A stretch of 64,000 nucleotides of DNA from Myxococcota bacterium. GTDB taxonomy: Bacteria > Myxococcota_A > SURF-8. The stretch lies in assembly GCA_963674735.2 (NCBI GenBank), contig CAXXQS010000001.1, positions 2,496,001 through 2,560,000 of the forward strand. The letters run 5' to 3'. The position numbers and the translations under genes were made by a program. This document shows positions 1 to 10,132 of this stretch, piece by piece. Under the pieces are notes generated by a model. The model searched no databases. It saw only the letters and a program-made list of their open reading frames with translations, and was not told where the DNA came from. Every line of letters starts with the position of its first letter. Position 1 is the first letter of the stretch.

Positions 1-1
1 C

Positions 2-304
2 CCGGCCATCAAAAAGCTCTTCAAAAAAACCGGCTTGAACCTGAGCGATATCGACGTGTTCGAAATCAACGAAGCTTTCGCGGCCCAATACCTTGCCTGC
101 GAAAAAGGCCTCGAACTGGATCGCTCGAAGACAAACCTCGGCGGCTCGGGAATCGCGTTGGGCCATCCGGTCGGCGCAACCGGTTGCCGGATCATGATCT
201 CGCTGATTCACCATCTCAAGCGTTTGGGCAAGCAGCGCGGGTTGGCTTCGCTGTGTGTCGGCGGTGGCATGGGCAAAGCCGTCGTCGTGGAAATGATGGA
301 CTGA
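2..304 (+). CDS. Acetyl-CoA C-acetyltransferase (thiolase), C-terminal part; 5' end lies outside the window
   Basis: Motifs EINEAFA, GHPVGATG and LCVGGGMG; the frame is open from position 2. Confidence 0.95.
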   Translation, partial: PAIKKLFKKTGLNLSDIDVFEINEAFAAQYLACEKGLELDRSKTNLGGSGIALGHPVGATGCRIMISLIHHLKRLGKQRGLASLCVGGGMGKAVVVEMMD

Positions 305-330
305 CATACTTGTTTGTAAACAAATGCTCC

Positions 331-362
331 AAACGGGACGCCTCGGCGTCCCGTTTTTTTTT
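331..362 (+). terminator. Rho-independent terminator after the thiolase gene
   Basis: Stem AAACGGGACGCC/GGCGTCCCGTTT running into a T-tract. Confidence 0.85.
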
Positions 363-476
363 GCAAGTATTACGATCCCCTTCGCAACATATGTTTTGAC
401 GTCGGATGATTCATTGCATGCAGATCATATAGTAACCGTTCGGTTCCCAACACGATTTACGGGAGTGAGGTTGAGC

Positions 477-2093
477 ATGACGAAAGCACGACAACAGTTT
501 GCATGTATCTCGATGCTGTTATTGGCATCTGTGATCGTCCTTTTACTAACGGCTTGTGGCGGCGAAGAATCACTGATCGACGGCGATAGCCCCGACGGCG
601 ATAGCCCCGACGGCGACGACCCGGACGGCGACGACCCGGACGGAGATGATCCGGACGGTGATGACACGCCCGTTTCGGCGATTTTGAAGCTGGATGCGGA
701 AGATCCCCCCGATGTTTTCACTCCCCTGTCGATCGTCGAGCTCGATGCCTCGGCCACTGCAGCCGCATTCGGTATCGACCTTGAAAACCTGCAATTTTAC
801 TGGGACTGGGCCGAAGGTGGCCATCCTCAAGGCGCGCAAGACAGCCAGCTAGTCTGCGACGATTGCTCGCTCGACCCACCCATCGATTCCCTGATCGGAC
901 GCTGGTCGGACTCCGCTTTCGCCAAACTATACCTAGCCGTGTCCGGCGATTACAAGATTCGCGTTAGAGCACGTCCCCTCGGCGCCGAAAGCGTGGACGG
1001 CGAATGTCCGGACTGCAGCAGCTGGGGTGAAATCATGGTTAAAGCGGTCCCGTCGGCTCGATTGCATGCCGAATTGGTTTGGGACAAGGGCTCGAACATC
1101 GATATGGACCTTTTCATGGTGCGTCACCGCGACAACGGCACCTTCGCCACGCCGAGAGCATACGGAGACCGGATCCATCCTCCGCAGATTACCATGCCGG
1201 CTTGCACCAGCGATGCCGACTGTTTCGACAGCGCCTTCGCCTGCGACACCAGTTCCGAAACCTGCTTGAATGAATGCACCAGCGATTCGGATTGTCAGGC
1301 CGCCAACCGCGGCTGGGAATGCAGTACCGACGGCGCCTGCGAAGTCAACCAAAACCGTATCATCCCCTGTGATAACGATGATGATTGCGGTGCGGAAGGT
1401 TACTGCAGCATCGGAGAGATCAATAACTCCCAACAACAGGCGTTCTGTGCGCAACACTCGTTTGAGGCTGCCAACGACACCTGTTTCTACAATTCGCCTT
1501 CCCCGAGCTGGGGCGAGTATGAGAGCACGTCCACATCCTGCAACAGTCATGCGGTTTGCCTGGCCGAGGGACCGAATCAGTTGTGTGGTGACGACGGATT
1601 ATGCCTGATCGACAATCTCGACGACAACCCGACCCTCGACATCGATGACGTGGACGGTTGGGGCCCCGAAAACATGTCTCTGATCGACCCCGCTCCCGGC
1701 AGATACCGGTTGGTGGTGAGGTTGTACGCGGATCCGAACCTCCTCTTGAGTGACGAAGTACAAGCCACCGCCGTCCTGCGTCTTTTCCTCGACGGCCAGG
1801 AATGGAACGAGGGCAGCTTGAGCCAAGCTTTCGACAGCCCGGGAACCTACTGGAAAGCGGCTGATGTCATCGTGGATGAATTGGGAACGATGAGTGTGGT
1901 TTCCTTGTGTGGAGATGAGGGATGTAACGCCGTTGAAGATTTCGAGGATAATCCCTACGCCAACCCATTCGTCACTATTTCGGGCGGAATGTTCGACCCT
2001 CTGAGCGACCTGGTAGCGCGTTCCATTTGGTGTGATGCTTCGACCGATCAAATCGATGAAAGTACGACTTGTGCGACGTTGTATGGGGAATAG
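477..2093 (+). CDS. Lipoprotein with an Asp-Gly-Asp repeat linker, Cys-rich repeats and a YfaP/DUF2135-like domain
   Basis: Start moved to ATG 477 after a GGAGTGAGG SD-like sequence; lipobox LTAC; LVWD..DMDL and LDIDDVDGWGPEN motifs; several C.SDxDC repeats. Confidence 0.7.
   Translation: MTKARQQFACISMLLLASVIVLLLTACGGEESLIDGDSPDGDSPDGDDPDGDDPDGDDPDGDDTPVSAILKLDAEDPPDVFTPLSIVELDASATAAAFGIDLENLQFYWDWAEGGHPQGAQDSQLVCDDCSLDPPIDSLIGRWSDSAFAKLYLAVSGDYKIRVRARPLGAESVDGECPDCSSWGEIMVKAVPSARLHAELVWDKGSNIDMDLFMVRHRDNGTFATPRAYGDRIHPPQITMPACTSDADCFDSAFACDTSSETCLNECTSDSDCQAANRGWECSTDGACEVNQNRIIPCDNDDDCGAEGYCSIGEINNSQQQAFCAQHSFEAANDTCFYNSPSPSWGEYESTSTSCNSHAVCLAEGPNQLCGDDGLCLIDNLDDNPTLDIDDVDGWGPENMSLIDPAPGRYRLVVRLYADPNLLLSDEVQATAVLRLFLDGQEWNEGSLSQAFDSPGTYWKAADVIVDELGTMSVVSLCGDEGCNAVEDFEDNPYANPFVTISGGMFDPLSDLVARSIWCDASTDQIDESTTCATLYGE
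579..665 (+). repeat. 15-bp tandem repeat (about 6 units) encoding DGD(S/D)P
   Basis: GACGGCGATAGCCCC x2, GACGGCGACGACCCG x2, GACGGAGATGATCCG, GACGGTGATGAC. Confidence 0.95.
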
Positions 2094-2118
2094 CGGTTGA
2101 CCCTGCCCCCTGCCCCCT

Positions 2119-2150
2119 GCCCTCGCGCCTTTGCGCGGGGGCATTTCCTT
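2119..2150 (+). terminator. Possible terminator hairpin
   Basis: GCCCTCGCGC/GCGCGGGGGC stem followed by ATTTCCTT, preceded by a short CCCTGCC tandem repeat. Confidence 0.45.
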
Positions 2151-2300
2151 ACTCTTCTATTGAACAATCGTTTGCCATAACAAAATTATCACCTGTAGCA
2201 ACTTCCTCCCGACAATCCGTTTTTCCATTTGTTGGAATGATCCGAACGTGCTAGCCTTCCTAGTATTATCAAGGTTTGCGCGACAATTCCAGCGCATGGG

Positions 2301-3800
2301 ATGAAATCTTCTCAGGGGTTCTCAAATATGCGAAACCGGACACTCATTTCCACGGATGCAAGACGACTCGGCATCCATCCAAAATACGGCATGCTTTATA
2401 CGATTCTTGCCATAATCGTCTTTACATGGATGTCAGTCGCAGCGGCCTTTGCTCACGAGAGCAATTCGACAGGTCAATCCACCCCGAAACCACATAAAAC
2501 GGCAGTTAATCCGCAAACCGATGAAATGAAACAGGTTTCTTCTCCCGACTTCGCCCACATTCCACCCATGGAATTAACGGTTGTGCGGGTACTCGACGAC
2601 GATTTCACTCCCATCAGCGACGACGATCTCCGCGAAATTCTGGCGACCGCCCAACACATGTACCACGATAAGTTCGGCGTGAACAACGTCACATTCCGCG
2701 ATGCCGGAGTCTTATCGATCGAAGAATTTTTCAACACCAACCTCATGCGCGATCCGACCATTTACGAGCAAAAACAGGCTCGCCGCTTTCGGATCGGACA
2801 AACGAACGATTTCAGCCGACATCAGGCCTCCATCAAATCGTTTATCAAGAACTGGACCGTAGCGGAATTGCAGGGTTTCTTTCCCGAATCCGAGCGCGCC
2901 GACTACGCCACCCACGACGATATCGTACGCGGACTTGAAGAGCAGATGCAGCGCAAGATCAAGGAAATCGCAGGTTTCACCGCCAACAAGCAACCGCTGC
3001 TAAGACCTTCAAAAGCCGAGTTGCGGAGTTTTCTCAACTGGTTGGCTGTCCTGGAAAACCAGCAAGACTACGATTTGGTATTGACTAACGCCTTCATTCT
3101 TTACGACGACATGAGCCAACCATCACCTCATAGCATTTTCTCCAAATGCAAAGTCGGCGGGGTCTCTCATAAAAATGCTCACCGCCTTGCGTTGGGGGGG
3201 CGCGTGATCATGGGCTCCACCTTCGGAATGGACACCGACATTCCCTTTTTCATGGAACGTGAAGGCGTGCGGACCTCACGCCACGACCGCAACCGCGTCA
3301 CCGGTGCGTTTGTCATCGCTCACGAACTGGGGCATGCCGTTTTCAAGCTTCCCGATCATTACAACCATCCCCCCGTGTGTCTGATGAACAACAGCAAGGA
3401 GCTCACCTACAGGGAAGGTTTCGACCTGTTGACAACGCATCCCGGCCCCTGCCCGCTTTGCAAACCCTGGCTCGCCGCACGGGACGCTTTTTGGGATGCC
3501 GAATGGGCATTCGACCAGAAAAATTGGGCTCTGGCGGAGGACCGCTACAACGTGGTGGTGCGCACGACTCCTAAAAACGTAGACGGTTATTACCCGGGTT
3601 ACATGGCTTACGTCGCCTATAAGCTTTCCAAGGTGTACGACGCCACCAAGCGTCCCGATTTGGCCTTATCGCGCGCCGAAACCGCCGTCAAGCTTTACCG
3701 ATGGGATGATACCTATGTTAAGTGGCGGGATACGCTTAAAACCCGACACAGCCCGACACCACCCGAAAACGTCGTCGAACGGGTCGGGGGACGACCATGA
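2301..3800 (+). CDS. Secreted zinc metalloprotease-like protein (metzincin-like) with a C-terminal TPR-like region
   Basis: HELGHAVFKLPDH, CLM Met-turn-like motif and CPLC; signal peptide ending AAFA if the start is ATG 2391. Confidence 0.6.
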   Translation: MKSSQGFSNMRNRTLISTDARRLGIHPKYGMLYTILAIIVFTWMSVAAAFAHESNSTGQSTPKPHKTAVNPQTDEMKQVSSPDFAHIPPMELTVVRVLDDDFTPISDDDLREILATAQHMYHDKFGVNNVTFRDAGVLSIEEFFNTNLMRDPTIYEQKQARRFRIGQTNDFSRHQASIKSFIKNWTVAELQGFFPESERADYATHDDIVRGLEEQMQRKIKEIAGFTANKQPLLRPSKAELRSFLNWLAVLENQQDYDLVLTNAFILYDDMSQPSPHSIFSKCKVGGVSHKNAHRLALGGRVIMGSTFGMDTDIPFFMEREGVRTSRHDRNRVTGAFVIAHELGHAVFKLPDHYNHPPVCLMNNSKELTYREGFDLLTTHPGPCPLCKPWLAARDAFWDAEWAFDQKNWALAEDRYNVVVRTTPKNVDGYYPGYMAYVAYKLSKVYDATKRPDLALSRAETAVKLYRWDDTYVKWRDTLKTRHSPTPPENVVERVGGRP

Positions 3801-4684
3801 GGCACAGACCCTGTAGAGATATGCGCAGCGTTACTAAGCTTGTGCCAATCTTCTCTCTGGGGCTTCTGCTGAGTTGGCTGTCAACGGCCTGCGTCTCTCA
3901 CGTCAACCCCAGTTTTTCAGCCTATCGAATCATACGCCCCAACATCTCGGCTGCCGAGATACGCCTCGAATACAACGCAGAAAACAACTGGGATGCCCGG
4001 ATGATAAGCGCGGCTGTAGAAGCCGCGATCCCCAAAGCTACACGCTGGGGCCCCTTAGAAAACCAAGTTGTTATCAGTATTTATCCAACTCACGACGACT
4101 TGGAACGCGCAATCCGCAAGCCGGGCGTTCACTGGCTGCGCGCCTGGGCCACTTATGACCACATCCACTTGCAAGCACCGTCTACCTGGGGTAGCGGAAG
4201 CCTTGAAAGGCGCGTCAATGAGCTGATCGCCCACGAACTGACCCACGTCGTGATGTACCAACAGGTTGGCAATGCCAAAAGTTGGCGAACGATCAATATT
4301 CCTCTATGGTTCCGGGAAGGTATGGCTTCCGTCACCGCCGGACAAGCCGCCGGTCGGCTGCCGCGCGACGTATTGGCCGAGAGGTTGGTGGCGTTGCAGT
4401 TCGATGGCGATCCGGTGCTGGAAGCCGATAAAATCGTCAATAATCACCCTCAGGAAGTATATAGCCTGGGACATTGGTTATTCGCCGATTTGCTCGAACT
4501 GAAAGGTGAAGCCCCCATCCGGGCCATGCTGCGTGGCTTGCGATCAGGGCAAAGTTTCCGTGAAGCCTGGCACAAACACCTGGGCGACTATATGGATACT
4601 TACATAGCATCTTGGACGGAACGCCTTGTTACCCATGGCGCCGCAGGTGGTGCAAACGCAACAGCCAGCCCCCCGCTTCTGTGA
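3797..4684 (+). CDS. Peptidase MA-like (gluzincin) protein, probable lipoprotein
   Basis: AHELTH followed by PLWFREG; hydrophobic N-terminus ending STAC; 4-bp overlap with the upstream gene. Confidence 0.75.
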   Translation: MRHRPCRDMRSVTKLVPIFSLGLLLSWLSTACVSHVNPSFSAYRIIRPNISAAEIRLEYNAENNWDARMISAAVEAAIPKATRWGPLENQVVISIYPTHDDLERAIRKPGVHWLRAWATYDHIHLQAPSTWGSGSLERRVNELIAHELTHVVMYQQVGNAKSWRTINIPLWFREGMASVTAGQAAGRLPRDVLAERLVALQFDGDPVLEADKIVNNHPQEVYSLGHWLFADLLELKGEAPIRAMLRGLRSGQSFREAWHKHLGDYMDTYIASWTERLVTHGAAGGANATASPPLL

Positions 4685-4906
4685 AATTCGGTTTGGACAC
4701 CCTAACTTGCCGACGAATTAGGTTCCCTCATACGAAGGTACTCAAGCCCTCCGTTCAACCCGGTTTAAAATGAAACCGTTCTCCTTTTCACCGCTTTTTA
4801 ATGGACACGTTCACATTTTTCGGGAATCATGCCACCGCTCGTGGCGTCCTGTCTGCAAGTAAAGCTATACGGCCTTCCGTTTCGCTTTTTGAAAGGGATT
4901 TTTCAC

Positions 4907-4934
4907 TTGCATTTCCGATAAGATGCCCGATAAT
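4907..4934 (+). promoter_or_regulatory. Possible sigma70 promoter of the glycogen operon
   Basis: TTGCAT-16 nt-GATAAT. Confidence 0.35.
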
Positions 4935-4998
4935 TGAGGCAATATGTTTGGGGTTTGAGAAGGACGGGCGCCTTCCATACCGGAAAGATGGGTAGGGG

Positions 4999-7116
4999 AT
5001 GAACGAACCATTGAAGGTCGTACTTCTATGGCATATGCATCAGCCGTCGTATGACGACCCGGATACGGGCCATGCGCTGATGCCATGGGTCCGCCTGCAT
5101 GCCATGAAAGACTACTACGACATGGCCAAGGTGATCGAGGATGTCCCCGGTGCGAAAGCGGTGATCAATGTCGTTCCGTCGCTATGGGATCAACTGCTGA
5201 ACCTCTCGGAAGGCTCCTGGCTCGACGAACACGAAATCCTGGCTCGCCGACCCGCCCGAGACCTTTCCGACGACGAGCGCCGCTACCTGGCCAAACAATT
5301 TTTCGCGGCGCACCCGGACAGCATGATCGAACCTTACCCGCGCTATGTCGAGTTGAAAAATCGATATGACGGTCCGCAGGGTGAAAAACGCATTCTAAAA
5401 GCACCGGCACGGGATCTGCGTGACATTCAGGTCTGGTTTCATATCGCCTGGTGCGGACACACACTCAAACATGATCCGCTGGTTGCGGGACTGATCGACA
5501 AAGGACGTCATTTCAAAGAAGACGAAAAGCTGGCCTTGCTCGACCGCATCCGCGCTTTTTTAAATGAAATCCCGACGCTGTACCGTAAGCTCTCCGACAG
5601 CGGGCAGATCGAAGTCAGCACCACGCCCTACTATCATCCGATTTTGCCCTTATTGATCGACCCTGAATCGGCGCTTGTGGCCTGCCCCGGCATGAACCTG
5701 CCACGCGGTCGACGCAGTCTGGCCGCAGACGCCGAGCGCCAGATCGATCTTGCCGTACAACGCCACGAAAAATTGTTCGGGCACCCACCCGCCGGTTTCT
5801 GGCCCTCCGAAGGATCGGTATCGCCCGAAGTCGCCAAATTGATGGCCAGCAAAGGTGTGCGCTGGATCGCCACCGACGAAGAAGTCTTAAAGGCATCGCT
5901 ACGTAAAGACACATTGGAAGCGGCAGATAAATACCGCATCTACGCTTTCGGGGGAACCCACCTGTTTTTCCGCGACCATGGACTGTCGGATGGCATCGGT
6001 TTTGAATACCAGAAACTCGATACGGAAGAAGCAGTAGAGACTTTTATCGGCCACCTACGGACCATCCACCAATCCCTTCCCGACGAACCGGGCTTTGTGG
6101 TGCCGGTTATTCTGGATGGTGAAAACTGTTGGGAATTTTACAGCGAACAAGGACGCCCTTTTCTCAAACAGCTCTATACGGAACTGGTAAAAGATCCGAG
6201 TCTCGAACTCGGCACCTGTTCGGAAGCCCTCGATTTGGACGTACCGATCAGAAAACTCGATTATTTGCACAGCGGCTCCTGGATTTTCGCCAATTTCACG
6301 ACTTGGATAGGCGATCCGGTTAAAAACCGGGCCTGGGAACTCCTGTATCAGGCGCGTCAAATAGCGGAAGAAACACTGGCCGCCGGAAATCTGAACGACG
6401 AAGCCGAAACCGCCCTCTGGGAACATATTCTGGCAGCCGAGGGGAGTGACTGGTTCTGGTGGTTCGGCGAAGGACACACCACGGCCTTCGATCCCATGTT
6501 CGACGCTCTGTTCCGAAAGCGTCTCGCCGCCATTTATCGGAGTTGCAATCAGGAATTACCCGAAGCACTACTGCGTCCGGTGGATCACCGCTGGGCGACC
6601 GAAACGCCGTACATTCTTCCGACCTACAGCCTGCATCCACACATTGATGGACGAATCACCAGTTATTACGAATGGTTATCGGCCGGAGCCTGCTACCCCG
6701 CTGCGGGGGCCATGCAACGCATCGCGACTATGATGACCAAGCTCAGTTTTGGTTTCGACGACCGTCACTTGTATCTGCGCATTGAAGGTCCGGCCATCGA
6801 GCAACTCAAGTCGGGTGAGGCTCGGTTGTCGCTATTCTTCGAAGTTCCGTCAAACAACTCCAAAACGCTGTCGTTATCTCTCCCGCAAGAGGAACAAATT
6901 GAAACCCCGGAAGGTTTTCATTATGCGATGGACCAAGTGATCGAGGCGGCTCTGCCCTTCGCCGCCTTAAGCACGGAATTAAAGCCGGGAGAACCGATCG
7001 AATTTTACGTAGCCTTAGAACGCAATAATCGAGAAGTCGAGCGGTTGCCCGATGGGGCGCCGATCGTCCTGCCTTTTCCGTCCGAAACCTTCGACGACGA
7101 AAATTGGCAGGTCTAA
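4999..7116 (+). CDS. Glycoside hydrolase family 57, amylopullulanase-like
   Basis: LWHMHQP, PWVRLH, YYHPILPL, WPSEG nucleophile region, LDGENCWE, AEGSDWFWW. Confidence 0.92.
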   Translation: MNEPLKVVLLWHMHQPSYDDPDTGHALMPWVRLHAMKDYYDMAKVIEDVPGAKAVINVVPSLWDQLLNLSEGSWLDEHEILARRPARDLSDDERRYLAKQFFAAHPDSMIEPYPRYVELKNRYDGPQGEKRILKAPARDLRDIQVWFHIAWCGHTLKHDPLVAGLIDKGRHFKEDEKLALLDRIRAFLNEIPTLYRKLSDSGQIEVSTTPYYHPILPLLIDPESALVACPGMNLPRGRRSLAADAERQIDLAVQRHEKLFGHPPAGFWPSEGSVSPEVAKLMASKGVRWIATDEEVLKASLRKDTLEAADKYRIYAFGGTHLFFRDHGLSDGIGFEYQKLDTEEAVETFIGHLRTIHQSLPDEPGFVVPVILDGENCWEFYSEQGRPFLKQLYTELVKDPSLELGTCSEALDLDVPIRKLDYLHSGSWIFANFTTWIGDPVKNRAWELLYQARQIAEETLAAGNLNDEAETALWEHILAAEGSDWFWWFGEGHTTAFDPMFDALFRKRLAAIYRSCNQELPEALLRPVDHRWATETPYILPTYSLHPHIDGRITSYYEWLSAGACYPAAGAMQRIATMMTKLSFGFDDRHLYLRIEGPAIEQLKSGEARLSLFFEVPSNNSKTLSLSLPQEEQIETPEGFHYAMDQVIEAALPFAALSTELKPGEPIEFYVALERNNREVERLPDGAPIVLPFPSETFDDENWQV

Positions 7117-7160
7117 CCGACATCACCCGAACCCGCCTTATGGCGGCCGGATAAGAGCGG

Positions 7161-9290
7161 ATGGAAACAAATATGGCAAGAGACAAAATCGCATTCATCC
7201 TGGGTGTACACTGCCACCAGCCAGTCGGCAATTTCGGCTGGGTGATTGAAGAGGCTTTCGAAAAAAGCTATCGACCTTTCATGGAAGCTTTGGTCGATTT
7301 TCCTTCCATCAAAACCGTTGCCCATTTCTCGGGCCCGCTACTGGAGTGGATCGAGATAAACCGCCCTACCTTTTTCGAAACGATACGCATGCTGGTAGAA
7401 CGCCGACAGGTGGAAATCATCGGCGGCGGTTTTTATGAACCCATTTTGATGACGATTCCCGAAGTCGATCGTCTCGAACAAATCGAGATGATGAACGTCT
7501 ATGCCGAAGAACATCTCGGAATGCGCCCGCAAGGTGTGTGGCTGACTGAACGAATCTGGGAACCGGCCTTACCTCGAACACTCAAAGCGGCGGGAGCGGT
7601 CTACAGCCTTACGGACGACAGCCATTTCGTACAGGCGGGTCTCGATCCCGAAAAAGTCAGGGGCTATTACTACACCGAAGATCAAGGCGACCGCACCGCA
7701 ATCTTCCCCATCGATCACCACTTACGCTACGCCGTCCCGTTTAAAGATCCCGAGGCCACCATCGCTTACCTTCGACAACGCTACGATGCGGGCGACCGCA
7801 GTTGCTGCACGTTGGTCGATGACGGCGAGAAATTCGGGATCTGGCCCGGCACCTTCCGCCTGCTGTATGAAGAAAAATGGCTGGAGCGCTTTTTCCAAGC
7901 AATCCAAGACGCTTCCGATTGGCTGGAAATGACCCTGCCAACCGACTACATGGCGGCGTGTCAGCCTGAAGGACTGGCCTACCTGCCCACGGCCAGCTAT
8001 TTCGAAATGGGGCAGTGGACCCTTTCTCCTGCGGGAAACCGGACCCTCGAAGACCTGAAGTACCGCCTTGAAGGCGAATTGGGCGATCGTACCGATGCCT
8101 TCTTGCGCGGGGGATTTTTCCGAAATTTCTTTATGCGCTACCCCGAAACCAACCACATGCACAAACGCATGCAGGAAATCAGCCTGAAAATCCATTTGTC
8201 GGGCTTGGAGGGCCGTCCGCGAGACGAAGCCAAACGGGAATTGTTCATGGCCCAATGTAATTGCGGCTATTGGCACGGTATCTTCGGCGGACTCTACCTG
8301 CCTCACCTGCGTGAAGCCATCTACGAACATCTGATCAAAGCCGAGCGCTTTGTGGAAGACGATCCCCCCAAAGTCGAACTTTACGATCTCGATTTCGACG
8401 GCTGGGAGGAAGCCCATCTTCGTACTACATCCCTGGCTGCCTATCTAGCTCCTCACGATGGTGGAACCGTAATTGAACTCGATCATATCGAATCGGCCAC
8501 CAACGTGGTCAACACCCTGGCCAGACGTCACGAAGTCTATCACGATCCAGCTGAAGACCACGGGAACGACGAAGGTAACAGCATCCACGATCAAGTGAAG
8601 GTTTTATCGGAAGAAAACCGCAAATTATTGGTGTACGATCCGGTGCGCCGTACTTGCTTCCGAGATGTTCTGCTCAATCAGTCGACCCTGCCAACCCCTG
8701 CCGATATACAAGGAAATCTGTTAATAGAAACAGGTGGATTGAGCACGCTGAGTTATGCAAGCGAACCGGAAGAACCCCAAGCAAACGCCGCCGCCTTGCG
8801 CCTGTGGGCCACAACGTCTCTGCCGGATGGACACAAGCTCGAAGTGGTAAAGCACGTGCAGCTTCTCAGCGAAAGCGAAACTTTGCAGACAACCTACACC
8901 TTCGATTTGCGCGAGGGTGGCTCGTTTGAGGGGCTTTTAGGGGTCCAGTTCAACTTGACGGCCCCTTCGGCTCTGGGTATCGAATCACCCTTTTCCATCA
9001 ACGATCAGGTTTTGGCGGGACATGGATTGATCGAGCCGGGCGAAGCGGAATCGGTCGACCGCTTTTCCTTGCGCGATCCGCACCGACAGCTCACCATGAC
9101 GCTTGAAAGCGACCGTAAATTCTCGGCGATCTGGCATCCGGTGCAAACCGTCTCTCAATCGGAATCCGGTTTCGACACCAATTACCAGGCATCCGCCATT
9201 TGGCTGTTCATTCCGCTGGCGCTTTCCAAAGGGACGCAAGAAGCACTGACGATTTCGCTGGGGTTGAAAAACGATCGGGAGACCGAATAG
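7161..9290 (+). CDS. GH57 4-alpha-glucanotransferase / alpha-amylase
   Basis: HCHQPVGNF, GGFYEPIL, WLTERIWEP, DDGEKFG, YWHGIFGGLYLPHLR and C-terminal SQSESGF. Confidence 0.92.
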   Translation: METNMARDKIAFILGVHCHQPVGNFGWVIEEAFEKSYRPFMEALVDFPSIKTVAHFSGPLLEWIEINRPTFFETIRMLVERRQVEIIGGGFYEPILMTIPEVDRLEQIEMMNVYAEEHLGMRPQGVWLTERIWEPALPRTLKAAGAVYSLTDDSHFVQAGLDPEKVRGYYYTEDQGDRTAIFPIDHHLRYAVPFKDPEATIAYLRQRYDAGDRSCCTLVDDGEKFGIWPGTFRLLYEEKWLERFFQAIQDASDWLEMTLPTDYMAACQPEGLAYLPTASYFEMGQWTLSPAGNRTLEDLKYRLEGELGDRTDAFLRGGFFRNFFMRYPETNHMHKRMQEISLKIHLSGLEGRPRDEAKRELFMAQCNCGYWHGIFGGLYLPHLREAIYEHLIKAERFVEDDPPKVELYDLDFDGWEEAHLRTTSLAAYLAPHDGGTVIELDHIESATNVVNTLARRHEVYHDPAEDHGNDEGNSIHDQVKVLSEENRKLLVYDPVRRTCFRDVLLNQSTLPTPADIQGNLLIETGGLSTLSYASEPEEPQANAAALRLWATTSLPDGHKLEVVKHVQLLSESETLQTTYTFDLREGGSFEGLLGVQFNLTAPSALGIESPFSINDQVLAGHGLIEPGEAESVDRFSLRDPHRQLTMTLESDRKFSAIWHPVQTVSQSESGFDTNYQASAIWLFIPLALSKGTQEALTISLGLKNDRETE

Positions 9291-9325
9291 TCCGGTTACC
9301 GGACCACGATTTTAAGGATAGAAAA

Positions 9326-10132
9326 ATGCTGCCTTTTAGTTACAATCACGACCGCTGCCTGATCTACCCGGTAGCCCCTCATCTGTTGTTCGGTTATTGG
9401 GACTTCAGCGAAGAGACCTGGAACCGTATCACGGCAAACGGATCTTCCTTGAAGCTGATCCTGCTGCGTGACGATGGCAATGTTCGCTGGTTCGAAACCG
9501 ACCCGCGCACCCGGGGCTTCTATTTTCGCGGTATCGATGCCAACACCACCTACCACCTGCAATTGGCTCTTTGGGAAGACGGTGCGGATCGGATGCTGAT
9601 GGAAAGTCCGGCAACCACCACACCGGCCGACCGGCCCAGCGAAGACCTGAGTGTCCAGTACGCCCAATTTCGCTTCCTCACCAAACCACCCCGCTACCTG
9701 CCGCCTTCCAGGCTGAAGGAGCTTGGTCTGATCGAGCAGTGGCAGGCACCTGCCGCAGGGGGATTCGGATTCGGTCGCGGTTATGATGCAAGTACAGACA
9801 AGGAAGACGCCGGGAGTTCCTCGGCTGCCGTCAACGCCAACGCCGGGTCGCTCCCCTTATCGCTGCCGCCCGGACGATACCAACGCCATCTGGAGAGCCG
9901 TTGGGTCAGCATGGAACAACGCGGATCGTCCGGCAATTTGAGTTCGTGGTCGGTAAAACGAGACGTGGAAGAATGGGAAGTCCTACCGGAAGCCCCTTCC
10001 TCTCATTTGCAAGCTCAGGCACCGGCCGGCGGGCTCAGTTCGCATGTTTTGAGTTCCGGGACAATCGACGCGGGCGGGGCCGGATCGGACCAACCCGATG
10101 GCGCCAGCAAGAAAGAAGACCATCATGGCTAA
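9326..10132 (+). CDS. DUF4912-domain protein with a Ser-rich low-complexity tail
   Basis: LP.SY...P..P..LFGYWD N-terminal motif and S....TP.DRPS; start ATG 9326 with SD TAAGGA. Confidence 0.75.
   Translation: MLPFSYNHDRCLIYPVAPHLLFGYWDFSEETWNRITANGSSLKLILLRDDGNVRWFETDPRTRGFYFRGIDANTTYHLQLALWEDGADRMLMESPATTTPADRPSEDLSVQYAQFRFLTKPPRYLPPSRLKELGLIEQWQAPAAGGFGFGRGYDASTDKEDAGSSSAAVNANAGSLPLSLPPGRYQRHLESRWVSMEQRGSSGNLSSWSVKRDVEEWEVLPEAPSSHLQAQAPAGGLSSHVLSSGTIDAGGAGSDQPDGASKKEDHHG

Noticed and set aside
403-418. GG-N10-GC upstream of the first lipoprotein as a sigma54 promoter
   Set aside because: The -24 context (CGGATGA) is far from TGGCAC; too weak to call
579-665. Regular direct repeats considered as a CRISPR array
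   Set aside because: 15-bp in-frame coding tandem units with no spacers and no cas genes
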